46,611 bases of DNA from a virus (lineage: Duplodnaviria > Caudoviricetes), in IMG/VR virus record IMGVR_UViG_3300043473_000199, positions 1 through 46,611 of that record, one strand, 5' to 3'. Position numbers and translations under genes: made by a program. The notes beneath the pieces are model-generated. The model ran no database searches and had not been told where the DNA came from. It saw only the letters and a program-made list of their open reading frames with translations. Shown one piece after another: positions 35,720 to 45,859 of this stretch. Each line of letters opens with the position of its first letter. Position 1 is the stretch's first letter.

Positions 35720-38700
35720 CTACCCGCCCGGCAGCATCTGCTCGATGAACCCCTGGCTCGGCTTCAACTGCCGGCGGGATTTGGCCTTGAAGTCTTCCTC
35801 GCCGGCCATGGCATCGGTTGCCGCCTTCCGCGTGGCCTTGTGCGTGGTGGCAACCGTGGCGGCGGCGCCAGCCAGGCCGGGGATGCGCGCGGCCAGGATC
35901 ATGTAGACCATGCTGGGCGCGATCACGGCGTCCCAGGTCGCCCGCGCCAGGCGCCGCTCGGCCGCGTTGCTCTTGTCGGTGTTCTTGATGAAATACTGGG
36001 CCAGTGACGACAGCTCCTCGGCGTATAGGCCGCCGGTCGGCCCGATCAGCGAGGTGACCGGCTCACGCCCGTAGAGGGCGGCACCAGCAGCCTGTAGCAC
36101 CGGGTCGGCCGCCATCAGCAGCCCGGAGCGGCGGGCCACGTTTTCCCACCACCAGCCGTCGGTGCGCCGCGCGATATCCTCGTCGTCGGTCCCGTCGAGC
36201 TTGTCCTTGATCCCGATGGTCAGGAGCGAGGCCATCATCAGCGCCCCGGTGCCGATGATCGTGGGCGCCAGGTATGCCGCACGGTCGGCCAGCCCCTTCA
36301 GCCCGCTGCCGGTGCCCTCGCCGGTGATCGCCTGCTTGGCGAGCTTGACGTTGGCGATGGTCATATTCCTGGCAAACGCCCACGCGAAGGAGTTGAGATT
36401 GAATATCAACGACCCCGTCGTCGTGCTGGCCCACCTGGGCTTACTGCCCGCATCGGGCGTCTGGATGATCTGGGTCACGAAGCGATACAGCGCCGTCTGG
36501 GCCATCTGCCCGAGCGGACTGGCGTAGTCGGCCGCCGTGGGCTGCTTGTTGTTGGCGCCAGTGTTGTCGCGCCGCATGCGCTGCCATTCCTTGGCGAACG
36601 CTTTTGCCTGGTCCGCCGGAATGCCCAGCTCGCCCAGCATCGACGTGCCCCGCTCCGCACTCATGAGCGCCGCACCCGTGGTCAGCGCCGTGGCCGCCCG
36701 ATCCAGCATCCGCATGCCGGACTGGGCGACGGAGATGTATTGGCCGTTGGTGATCTGCTCCAGTCCGACCGAGCGATAGAAGCGACCCTCCTTCCTGGCG
36801 ATCTCCACCTTGGTGCCGTCGGCCGCCCCGAAGCGGCCGGCGTTGGCGGAAGCGAGCACGTCGCCGGCGAGCAGCCCGAGTTCCTCCGCTGCCCGACGCC
36901 GCTCCGAAGGCTCCAGGTGCGCGATCTCCCGCGCCGCCTCCACCATCGAGCCCAGCACCGAGCGCACGCCTTCATCGATCCGGCCAGTGCGGCCGGTGAC
37001 GGCAGTGGCTTCCAGCAGGCTGGTGAGGGTCACGTTGCCCAGCACCGAGAACCCCGTCAGCGCCCGCGCCCAGCTCACCGCGTTCTGCATGTCGCGGGCG
37101 CCGGCGCTGGGCTTCACACCCGTGATCATCTCCGCGTAGTCGGCGGCGAAATTGGCCAGCCAGGAATCGTTGTTCCCCTTCTCCTGCTGGAGCGGGGCGA
37201 TCACCTCTTTCTGCCAGTTGCTCCAGCCGTCGCCCCAGCGGCGCGCGATCTCGGAGCGACGGATGATCTGGTCGCGGTAGACCAGCAGCATGTGCTCCAT
37301 GTCATTGACGTAGAACCCGGCGTCCTGGAACGCCTTCTCGGCCTGCTTGTCGAAGGTCCGCGCCTTCACCGATGCCGGCGCACCGGCAAAGGCGCCCGAG
37401 TGACCAGGGATGCCGAAGCCACCCTTATGCACGTTGTTCAGCAGCTCCTGGGCATACATCTCGGCGTCGGCTTTCGGCACGCCCTGGCGCCGGTAGGCGG
37501 CCGTGGCGATGTCCAGGAACGTCTTGTGGTCGTTGGCGATGGGGTCGGGGTTGAACATGCGGGGGAGGTAGCCGGGTCCGACATCCCCGATCTTGACCCC
37601 GGCATCGACGGCATACTGGCGCAGATCCTTCAGCATCTTCGCCACGTCGGTCGCCAGCTCGCCCAGCGCCCCGCGCCTGGCACCCGGATTCCGCACCAGT
37701 TTAGCCAACTGCTCCTCGACCCGTAGCCGCCGCTCCCGCTTGCTTTCATCCGGCAGGCGCGGCGCGCTGTTCACCAGCTCGGTGAGGCGCTTGCTGATCT
37801 CGGTGACCTGTTTCCCGACCTCGTTGCGCTTGATCCGGAACGCCTCGTTGAAGGCGCGGGAAACGCCTTGGCCGCCAAACATGCCGCGCGAGGGCGCGTC
37901 CAGGTCGTTGGCCAACTTCAGGATAGTGGCGCTGTCACGGGCACGGGCGACGGCACGCAGCGCGCCACCGGCCGAGCGGATGCCCACGCCGACGGTCTGC
38001 TCCATCGCCTGCAATCCCTTGGCGGCGACGTGCGCCGGCCCCTTGGCCGCGCCCTTGATCATGCTGCCGAGCGTGGTCCCCAGCGCCGTCATGGACTCGC
38101 CAAACGGGGTCCAGTCGCCCACGGCACCACGCAGCATCTTGCCGACATGCCCGAGCCCCTTGGCCATATCGCCCCAAAGCTTGGGGTCGAACAGCATGCC
38201 GGGGAAGCTGTAGAACGTGGCGCCGCCCTGCTTCGATAGCCGCTCCGCGGTCTGTTCCGCATTCTGCGCGCTGCCGAATTTGTAGTTCGTCTCCTGGCCA
38301 CGCGCGGTGCGGGTCGTCGCCTCGATCTGCATCTTGTCGGGGATCGGGTTGCCGTCGTCCACCATCTCCCCGGCAATGCGTTCCCCGCTGTTGTAGGCGT
38401 GGGTCAGGTCATCCTTGAATTGGGTGCTGATGGCATGATCGCCGGCACGGGCGTTGCCGTCGCCCCGCATGGCGGCCACGGCTGCGGCGACGACCTGGCG
38501 CACGGCTTCGATGCGCGCGGCATTGGCTTCCTTGACCCCGCCAGCCGCGTCGAAGGCGGCAACACCGGCATAGGCTGCGCGCATCAGGAAGGGCCGCAGC
38601 GCCGCCGGTGCCCGCTTGATAGCGGCCGACAATGCCGGGTTATCGACGGCGATACGGGCTTCGAAATCACTCATCCACTGGCCAGTGGGGCTATCGCGCG

Positions 38701-41700
38701 CGGCAGTGCGGATCGCCTCCACCGACGTGGCCTGGGCCGCCTTGCCCTGTGCAGCCTGCTCACGCTTGCTGGGCGGCGGTGCCCCCGCTTCCGGGGCCGC
38801 CGATGTCGGCTCTACGGGAGCGGCTTCTGGCGCCGCCTGTGCCTGCGCCTGCGATGCAGTCGGGCCACCGGGCGCTCCACCAGACCCGCCCGGTGAAGCG
38901 CCCGGCCCGGTCCCAGACCCACTGGGAGCAGTAGGTCCGGTCGGTCCCCCAGTTCCGGTCGGTGACGGACCCGAAGTGGGGGGAGATGGGGGTGCCGCTC
39001 TGCCCGGCCCCCCTATTTGTGGCGGCGAACCCGGCGGCGTAGGTCCGCCACCAGTGCCGCCGCCGGTATCGGCTTCCGGCCCGGTATCCGTTCCCGGTGA
39101 CGCGCTCGGCTCTTCAGACAAGCCGGTTTCCTGGACGGAGAAGGTGCCGTTGGTGGTCGGGTGATTGGCGATCTGGAAGATTTGCCGGGTGCTCTCCTTG
39201 TGCCCGACGTTCAAGATCCACTTCGCAGCCTGGAGCTGGGTGCCGAAGATTATCGGCCCGCCGCCAGTGGACACGACGTGCCCGTCGGCATCGACCGGGA
39301 AGGCGCCGTCCACGGCACGGGCTTCATTGGTTGACCGCTCGCCCTTCTTGCCCTTGGGTTTGGGCTGTTCCTCGGACTGGCCGCGTTCCCGGCGCTGGCG
39401 CTGGGCTTCCTCGTCACGCTGCCGCCGCTGCTCCTCGCGGGCGGCGTAATCCCGCATGAACTGCTCTTCGCGGCTCCAGAAGCGGGTGTTCTCCGGGCGC
39501 GCGGGCTGCTCCGGAATGGGTGAGCGTCCGGTATCCCGCTCGGCCTGGGCGCCAGGGAACTGCTGGTTCGGATCGGCACCGGTCAGCCGATACGTCTGGG
39601 CCGGCAGCCCCTGCACCGTGTCGATCCGCTGCCCGGCTGCCCGGCCAGTAGTGACCTGACCGACCTGGGCGCGCTGCGTCACGTCCTGCGCCTGCCGCGG
39701 CTGCTGGGTGTAGGTGCGGGAGTTCAGGTCCGTCTCTTTGATCACGTATGGCTGGCTGCCGGGCTCCACGTCGCCGGTGCGCGGGTCGTAACGCTGCACC
39801 AGCACGCGGCCTTGGGCATCGCGGCCCATCACCTTGACCGGGTATTCGACCCCATCCTGGACGTGGGTGAACACCTGATCCCGCTGCGGCCCGGCACCGG
39901 CACCGGCGGCCTGGGTATCCATCCCCGCCCGAGTAGCGGGCTGGTCAGCCCGCATCCGGGCGCGCAGCTCCAGCGCCGCCGATGCCTGGTCCGGGTGCCC
40001 TTCAGTGTCGGCAATGTCGTTCAGCTGCGTCTCATCCAGGGTCCGCAACCGCTGCCGCTGGGCCAGGGCGAACGCTTGATCGGCCTTGGTCCGGTCGGCC
40101 GCCTGCATCGTCTCGGCCTGCTGCACCATCTCCTGCTGGCCGGCAGAGCGCGCCTGGCCTTCCGCCGTGCCGGTCATCGGCCGCCCGATGCCGAGCCGGT
40201 CGGCACGGGTTTGGGCCAGCCGCTCCCGCTGCGTCTCCAGCTGGGTGCGGCTTGCCGGGTCCAGGTTGGTGCCGCTCAGCAGCTTGTCGATGCGCCCGAT
40301 CTGGGCGTCGATGGCGCTTGTATCGGCCTGCGGCTCCTGCCCCCGCGCTGCCTGCTCCCGATCCGCCTGCCGGGTCTGCTGCTGGGCGGCGGCGACCTCC
40401 TCCGCGGTCATAGGCTGGGCTTGTGGCTGGGTCGGCACCAGTGCGGTCCCGGCGCCCCCGCCGCGCAGCAAAGCGCCTTCAGCGAGCCCCGGTGAGCCGC
40501 CTACGGGGGTGCCGCGATTAACCGGCGCCTGATCGCCCGGTGCCGCCAAAGACCGGTCAGGCAGCGCGATCACGGGCGGCAGTGGCGGCAGCTCGGCCGG
40601 CATGGTGCCGGATATCTCGGCCCGCTGGGCACGCTGCTCGGCTTCGTAGAGCATGGCCGCCCGAATGGCGTCCGCTTCCGGCATGCCGGGCGTGATCCCG
40701 GCATCCCGGCGCTGCGCCTCGGTCATGGTGGAGGGGTCAACCCCGGCATTCTGGCGCTGCTGCACCGCCGCCAGCTCGTCCTGGGCAGTCCGGTCGATCA
40801 CCTTGCCGGCGGCGGCAGTGGGGTCCGCCGCCCCGGTGAAGTTGGCCGCCATCTGGTCCCGCGCCGACTGCATGCGGGTGGCGGCGGCTTCGTTCCCCGC
40901 CTGTCGGGCACGGTCGATGGCGGTATCCAGCGCGTTGAGCCCGGCTTGAACGGCGTCCAGGTCGCCCGGTGCCGCCGGCTGCCCGGCCTTGCGGCGTTCG
41001 GACGCGGCGTTCAGCCGCTCGGAAATCTGGTGGTGGCCCATCGTCGCCACTTCCGCCGGTGCGCCACCAAACTCGCCGATGACTTCAAGGAGCGCGTCAC
41101 CCCACTTGACCTGACCCGTTGACGCCAGTTCGCCAAGCGCCTCACCAGCGCCGCCCATGACGCCCTGCGACAGCGCCTGCGGCACAATGTTGGCGACTTC
41201 GCGCGTGACCGCGCCCTTGACCAGCTGCTTGGGTATGAGGTTGGCCCCAGCCGTGCCGCCGGACAGGGCGTCGAACCCACCGACGATCAGGCCACGGATG
41301 GCGCCCCGCTGCCGGGCCGCGGCCATCAGCTCGGGGTCTTGCATCAGCATCGCCGCCGTCTCAGGCGTCAGCGGGATATTCTTGGCCTTTGCCGCGTCCT
41401 GGAGGGCATCGACGATGGCATTGCCCCACTCGGCCGCGCCGGAGGTGAGCCCCATCGTGGCGGCACCCAGTGCCGGGTTGCGGGTAACCGCCCCGACGCC
41501 CAATCCCGCCAGCATCTGCGGGAAGCTGCCCACGGTGGTGCTGGCAATGGCGTCTATCGGGTGTTCCTTGAACGCGGTCCAGGCGGCCATGAAGTCACGG
41601 TCATTGCCGGCCTTGGCGATATCCCCCACGACCGCGGGCGCCGGGTTGGCGGTAATCGTCGCCTGGTGCCGGACGAGGTCGCCCGCGACATCCTGGTAGC

Positions 41701-42061
41701 CGGCCTGGATCGCCTGCTGCGTCTCCGGCGCCGCCTTGGTTGGGTCAGCTAGGTCGGGCAGGATCGGCACCTTTGGCCCGCCCGGGTAGGCTTCCACCAG
41801 CCCCTGGTTCTGTTCCAGGGTTTGCAGCGCGGACGCGCGGGTGCCGGCCCAGTTTTGCTGGAGCTGGGCTACGCCGCGATGCCAATCCTGCGCCAGCCCG
41901 CTGAAGAAGCCGTCCGCACGCTGCGGCGTGGCCGGGGTCAGATCCTCGGTGAAGCCTGCCGGCGGGGGCGGAATCTCATCGGTAAACCCCGCCGGTGGCG
42001 GCGGGATTTCCTCGGTGAACCCGTCCGGCGGGGGCGGAATGCCGCTGAGACTGTCGCCCAT
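35720..42061 (-). CDS. Large internal virion / DNA ejection protein (2113 aa)
   Basis: Very long Ala/Gly/Gln-rich ORF at the end of a podovirus late operon, with hydrophobic segments near both ends. Confidence 0.75.
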   Translation of the reverse strand: MGDSLSGIPPPPDGFTEEIPPPPAGFTDEIPPPPAGFTEDLTPATPQRADGFFSGLAQDWHRGVAQLQQNWAGTRASALQTLEQNQGLVEAYPGGPKVPILPDLADPTKAAPETQQAIQAGYQDVAGDLVRHQATITANPAPAVVGDIAKAGNDRDFMAAWTAFKEHPIDAIASTTVGSFPQMLAGLGVGAVTRNPALGAATMGLTSGAAEWGNAIVDALQDAAKAKNIPLTPETAAMLMQDPELMAAARQRGAIRGLIVGGFDALSGGTAGANLIPKQLVKGAVTREVANIVPQALSQGVMGGAGEALGELASTGQVKWGDALLEVIGEFGGAPAEVATMGHHQISERLNAASERRKAGQPAAPGDLDAVQAGLNALDTAIDRARQAGNEAAATRMQSARDQMAANFTGAADPTAAAGKVIDRTAQDELAAVQQRQNAGVDPSTMTEAQRRDAGITPGMPEADAIRAAMLYEAEQRAQRAEISGTMPAELPPLPPVIALPDRSLAAPGDQAPVNRGTPVGGSPGLAEGALLRGGGAGTALVPTQPQAQPMTAEEVAAAQQQTRQADREQAARGQEPQADTSAIDAQIGRIDKLLSGTNLDPASRTQLETQRERLAQTRADRLGIGRPMTGTAEGQARSAGQQEMVQQAETMQAADRTKADQAFALAQRQRLRTLDETQLNDIADTEGHPDQASAALELRARMRADQPATRAGMDTQAAGAGAGPQRDQVFTHVQDGVEYPVKVMGRDAQGRVLVQRYDPRTGDVEPGSQPYVIKETDLNSRTYTQQPRQAQDVTQRAQVGQVTTGRAAGQRIDTVQGLPAQTYRLTGADPNQQFPGAQAERDTGRSPIPEQPARPENTRFWSREEQFMRDYAAREEQRRQRDEEAQRQRRERGQSEEQPKPKGKKGERSTNEARAVDGAFPVDADGHVVSTGGGPIIFGTQLQAAKWILNVGHKESTRQIFQIANHPTTNGTFSVQETGLSEEPSASPGTDTGPEADTGGGTGGGPTPPGSPPQIGGPGRAAPPSPPTSGPSPTGTGGPTGPTAPSGSGTGPGASPGGSGGAPGGPTASQAQAQAAPEAAPVEPTSAAPEAGAPPPSKREQAAQGKAAQATSVEAIRTAARDSPTGQWMSDFEARIAVDNPALSAAIKRAPAALRPFLMRAAYAGVAAFDAAGGVKEANAARIEAVRQVVAAAVAAMRGDGNARAGDHAISTQFKDDLTHAYNSGERIAGEMVDDGNPIPDKMQIEATTRTARGQETNYKFGSAQNAEQTAERLSKQGGATFYSFPGMLFDPKLWGDMAKGLGHVGKMLRGAVGDWTPFGESMTALGTTLGSMIKGAAKGPAHVAAKGLQAMEQTVGVGIRSAGGALRAVARARDSATILKLANDLDAPSRGMFGGQGVSRAFNEAFRIKRNEVGKQVTEISKRLTELVNSAPRLPDESKRERRLRVEEQLAKLVRNPGARRGALGELATDVAKMLKDLRQYAVDAGVKIGDVGPGYLPRMFNPDPIANDHKTFLDIATAAYRRQGVPKADAEMYAQELLNNVHKGGFGIPGHSGAFAGAPASVKARTFDKQAEKAFQDAGFYVNDMEHMLLVYRDQIIRRSEIARRWGDGWSNWQKEVIAPLQQEKGNNDSWLANFAADYAEMITGVKPSAGARDMQNAVSWARALTGFSVLGNVTLTSLLEATAVTGRTGRIDEGVRSVLGSMVEAAREIAHLEPSERRRAAEELGLLAGDVLASANAGRFGAADGTKVEIARKEGRFYRSVGLEQITNGQYISVAQSGMRMLDRAATALTTGAALMSAERGTSMLGELGIPADQAKAFAKEWQRMRRDNTGANNKQPTAADYASPLGQMAQTALYRFVTQIIQTPDAGSKPRWASTTTGSLIFNLNSFAWAFARNMTIANVKLAKQAITGEGTGSGLKGLADRAAYLAPTIIGTGALMMASLLTIGIKDKLDGTDDEDIARRTDGWWWENVARRSGLLMAADPVLQAAGAALYGREPVTSLIGPTGGLYAEELSSLAQYFIKNTDKSNAAERRLARATWDAVIAPSMVYMILAARIPGLAGAAATVATTHKATRKAATDAMAGEEDFKAKSRRQLKPSQGFIEQMLPGG

Positions 42062-43902
42062 TATTCAGGCACCCACGCCGTGCCGTTCCATATCACCGTC
42101 TTACCGGTCGCCGGGTTCCGCATGCGCTTGACGGGGGCACCAGTAGTCGTTGGCGCCGTTGTCGGCGCCGGGGCCGCCGCCGGCGGTGCGTTCAGCTTGA
42201 AGCTTTTCGTGCTCCCATACAGCGTGCCCGGCACATCGGATGTAGCGAAGCCCAGATCCTGCTTGGCGCGGGCAACGGCTTCCGCCACCGATTTCACGGT
42301 GTTGGACGACAACAGCTCACTGGCGCGGTTGTATAGATGTTCATGCGCGGCTCGCTGGTCGGCATTCATCTTCCCGATCAGGAACGGCGAGGCCACGTCC
42401 TTGCCCGCCGGCACGGGCTGCCCGATGGCGGGCAGGAGCTGCTCGGCCAGCAGCTGCTTCAGCGATGCGTCCTGCCTGGTATCGAGCGGCTTGGGCGTCG
42501 TGTTGCTTGCCCGCCCGGCCGCCGCCGCCGCGATCTCCTCCATCTTCGCCAGATGCCGCGCGTCGATCTGCGCCAGCGCCGACGCATCCTGTGCGCCTTG
42601 CCGCTCCTGTAGCCACTCCAGCTTGGCGTTGGACATCCGCTCCTGGACATCCAGCGCCACGCCTTTCTGGGCGATCACGTCATCCGCGATCTTCAGCTTG
42701 GCGGCGACGGACTGATCCGCGATCCGGTTGCGCGTGGCATTGGACATGGTCGCGATATCGCGCCGCGCGTCGGCACTGATGGTCTGCGCCTGGACGGTGC
42801 CGCTCGCGGCCCCATGCTCCCGGTCGATGGAGTCGAGCTTCGCACTGGCCTCGGCCGTGAGCTGCTGCTTCTGCTCGTCGGTCAGACCCGGCTGAGCCAG
42901 CGAGGCTTCCAGCTGGTCGGTGACCAACTTCGCACGCAAGCCGGTGATGCTGTTCCCGCCCTTCGCCATCAGGGCGGCGGCGCGGGTTTTAGCGGCTTCG
43001 ATAGCACCCTTCGTCCGGATTTCCGCTGCCGCGACCGTAGGCGACTGCAACGCCTGCGCTCCAGCAGCCTGCCGCTGTTCTGGCGACATGGCCGCGACGG
43101 CTTCCGTCATCAGCGGCTCAATAGTCGTGGCGCGCACCTGTTCCGTCGTCGTCGGCGGCCCACGCAACTGGGTCGGCGATTTCACCGTGCCATCCGGATT
43201 CAGGAAGAACCCGGTGCTGTCGAAGCGGGTGGCGCCGCCAGCGACGGTAGCGTCACTCGGCAGCATGAACGGACCACGGGGACCGGCCACGCTCGTTTCC
43301 GTGCTGCCCTCCAGCACCGGTATCTGGGGCGCCGGGATGCCGAAGCGCGGCTGGTCGGCCACCGGGATAATGTCGCCCGGCCGGCCGGGGTGCCGCAGGG
43401 ATTCGGCCTCGCGCTGGGCCGCGGCGATCCTGGCCGCGCCCACGGCCGCGGCGACATGCGCGCCGGCAGTGGTGGCATTGCGTGCCGTGTCGGCCGTTTC
43501 GTGCTCGCGGGCGCCCATTCCGGTGGCCCGGTAGTCGCCGCCGGCGCCCTGGAAAAACGCCGCCGAGCGCGGATCGGTGGGGCCGTATTCCGGTATCGCC
43601 AGCGCCCGGTTCAGGTTGCCGAATTGCGCCAGACGCGCCGGATCGCCGCGCATCATGAAGCTGGCCATCCGAGTGCGCCCCTCGGCCGTGTCGAAGAAGT
43701 GCGCGTTGGCCGGATCGGCCAGGAAGTTGGACGCCGCCAGATCGCCTTCAGTTTGCTGCCGGCGCTGGAGCCCCAGCTCGATATTGGCCGACGCGGAACC
43801 CAGGTTCGCCAGATCCTTGTAGGGATCGTCGGCCGCGATGGCGCGGCTCAGCGTGCTGGCTGCGGAGGCGATGCCGGGATCGGTGAAAAGGGCGGATGCC
43901 AT
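42061..43902 (-). CDS. Internal virion / ejection protein (613 aa)
   Basis: GGAGG RBS; Ala-rich helical protein; TAATG coupling to the large ejection gene. Confidence 0.7.
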   Translation of the reverse strand: MASALFTDPGIASAASTLSRAIAADDPYKDLANLGSASANIELGLQRRQQTEGDLAASNFLADPANAHFFDTAEGRTRMASFMMRGDPARLAQFGNLNRALAIPEYGPTDPRSAAFFQGAGGDYRATGMGAREHETADTARNATTAGAHVAAAVGAARIAAAQREAESLRHPGRPGDIIPVADQPRFGIPAPQIPVLEGSTETSVAGPRGPFMLPSDATVAGGATRFDSTGFFLNPDGTVKSPTQLRGPPTTTEQVRATTIEPLMTEAVAAMSPEQRQAAGAQALQSPTVAAAEIRTKGAIEAAKTRAAALMAKGGNSITGLRAKLVTDQLEASLAQPGLTDEQKQQLTAEASAKLDSIDREHGAASGTVQAQTISADARRDIATMSNATRNRIADQSVAAKLKIADDVIAQKGVALDVQERMSNAKLEWLQERQGAQDASALAQIDARHLAKMEEIAAAAAGRASNTTPKPLDTRQDASLKQLLAEQLLPAIGQPVPAGKDVASPFLIGKMNADQRAAHEHLYNRASELLSSNTVKSVAEAVARAKQDLGFATSDVPGTLYGSTKSFKLNAPPAAAPAPTTAPTTTGAPVKRMRNPATGKTVIWNGTAWVPE

Positions 43903-43912
43903 GTGACCTCCG

Positions 43913-44650
43913 TCAGCCGGTGTAAGGTGTTGCGGGCTGAGCGGCGCCGCTGCCCGACAACAAGCGGGAGTTCAGCTGTTCAGCCAGCTTGGTGGTGTTG
44001 GAAGTCTCGCCGGTGATGAAGTTTTTCACGCTGTTGGGATTGGCCGCCAGGTAGTTGCCGACCAGGATGCCGCCCTGCCCGAGCGAGGTATCAGCGGTAT
44101 CCAGCACGGGCTTCTGGGCGGTTTCCGACCCATAGACGCCCAGGCTGCCCTTGGACATGGAACTCAGCGCGTCGAAGGCGGAAGCCGACAGGCTCCGCAT
44201 GCGCTTCTCCTCTTGGCCCACGTCGCCATAGGCATCCAGGCGCGCGTTGGCGGCCAGGCGCTGCCGCGCCTCGCCCAGCCCCTTGGCTACGTCACCCGTC
44301 ACGATGCCGCCGGTGATGGCGCCGGGGTTGGTGTAGATTTGCGGCACGTCGCTCTCGCCTACCGTGGTCGGCACCGTCCCGGCCTGGGCAAGGCGGGCGG
44401 CCTCGGCATCGGCCTGGGTCTTGGCGTTGCCCGCGGCGCTGACGGCGTCCAGGTTCACGGCCGCCACTTCGCCGCGCTTCTGCCTGATCTCATCCTGGCG
44501 CGCGAGCTCGGCAGTGCGCTCCTGGGTCCGCTGCTGGTTGGCGGCCTCGATGGCGTCGTTGTTCTGGCTGGCCACCTGTTGCTGCTGATACATCGTCGCT
44601 GCCGTGCCGGCGGCGGCGACAGCCAGGCCAGCCAACCCTACACTGCACAT
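43913..44650 (-). CDS. Internal virion protein, T7 gp14-like
   Basis: Met-Cys start, hydrophobic Ala/Gly N-terminus, then a Gln-rich coiled coil. Confidence 0.7.
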   Translation of the reverse strand: MCSVGLAGLAVAAAGTAATMYQQQQVASQNNDAIEAANQQRTQERTAELARQDEIRQKRGEVAAVNLDAVSAAGNAKTQADAEAARLAQAGTVPTTVGESDVPQIYTNPGAITGGIVTGDVAKGLGEARQRLAANARLDAYGDVGQEEKRMRSLSASAFDALSSMSKGSLGVYGSETAQKPVLDTADTSLGQGGILVGNYLAANPNSVKNFITGETSNTTKLAEQLNSRLLSGSGAAQPATPYTG

Positions 44651-44651
44651 C

Positions 44652-45857
44652 TCAACCTACCCGAGCAGCCGCATTCGGGCTGCTGACCGTCAGCAAGGCG
44701 TTCTTGAAAGCGTCCGACGCCGACCTCTCGACTGGGGTCGAACCCGGCTCGATCAGGCTGTTATCGGGCGTGAAGCCGGGCGTGAACGTCGCCCCCGGAT
44801 TCTTCTGCAAATCGGTGTTGTAGGCGTTGATGGATTCTATGGCCAAAGCCTCGGCCTTGTCGGGATCTTCAAGCGCCCGCGCCCGCGTGATCGCATCTAC
44901 TAGAGATGCATTGCGGCGCGTGTCGTAGTCGGTCAGGCGCGTATCGCGGGTCGTCGGTATCTTCTGGGCTTCACCAGCTTTCTGGGTATCGAGCCCGGTC
45001 AGCCGCGCCGTCGCCAGCGGCGTGGCGATGTAGCCGCTGTCCCTGAGCGCCTGGAGCAAACCCTCCCTGGTCGTGCCATAGGCGGTATCGAGGATGCCGC
45101 GGGCGTCGGCGTCGAACTGGTCGGCCACTCCCTTGCGCCAGACGGCGCCGAGCGAGGCATCGTATTTCGCCCGCACCCGCGCCTCGGAATCGTCCTGAAG
45201 CTTCTTGTGTCGCGCGGCTTCCTGCGCCGCGAGCTCCTCGGGCGTGGGGCCAGGCGGCGGCAGTGGCGCCTGGGGTGTTGCTGGGGGCGCGTAATAGGGT
45301 TGATTGCCCTCGCTCCCGCCGCCCCCGCCACTGATATTACCGCTGGTGTTGCCTGGGCCGCCGCCGTAGTTGGCTTCACCGCCGAAGAAACCGGCTTCGT
45401 TCCCGGTGCTCGGGCTACCGGCACGGGACTGCACATCGCTGGCGCGAGCGTCATACATGCTGCCGTAACTGCCATCCGTGCCGCCGTCATCGCTACCCAT
45501 TCCAGTGGCAGCAGCGCCGCCCGCGCGGTCAGCGACATCGCTGCCCCGCGTGTCGAACCCGTAGCCGCCATTACCGCCGCCATAGTTGGCGCCCCCGCCA
45601 TCGCCAACACTATCGTTAGTGTTGCCGGCACGGTCGGCCCGGTCACCGCCATTATCGTCATCGAAAGCCGGGACACCTTGCGCCATCATCTGGCTCCCGC
45701 CGGCGCCCAGCCCGCCGCCGCGATTCCGCAGGATATAAGCCTCGTCGGGCGTGATGTAGGCCAGCATATGCGGGTCGCCGTTGACGGTGGTGGCCTGGGG
45801 CGGACCCGGTTGAGGGCGCGCACCCAGCATTGAGGCAAGCCGCATTGTGCCGCTCAT
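44652..45857 (-). CDS. Putative virion/ejection protein with Gly/Asp-rich region
   Basis: LAYITPDEA..GG.G..GVPAF N-terminal motif, low-complexity linker and helical C-terminus. Confidence 0.65.
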   Translation of the reverse strand: MSGTMRLASMLGARPQPGPPQATTVNGDPHMLAYITPDEAYILRNRGGGLGAGGSQMMAQGVPAFDDDNGGDRADRAGNTNDSVGDGGGANYGGGNGGYGFDTRGSDVADRAGGAAATGMGSDDGGTDGSYGSMYDARASDVQSRAGSPSTGNEAGFFGGEANYGGGPGNTSGNISGGGGGSEGNQPYYAPPATPQAPLPPPGPTPEELAAQEAARHKKLQDDSEARVRAKYDASLGAVWRKGVADQFDADARGILDTAYGTTREGLLQALRDSGYIATPLATARLTGLDTQKAGEAQKIPTTRDTRLTDYDTRRNASLVDAITRARALEDPDKAEALAIESINAYNTDLQKNPGATFTPGFTPDNSLIEPGSTPVERSASDAFKNALLTVSSPNAAARVG

Positions 45858-45859
45858 GA

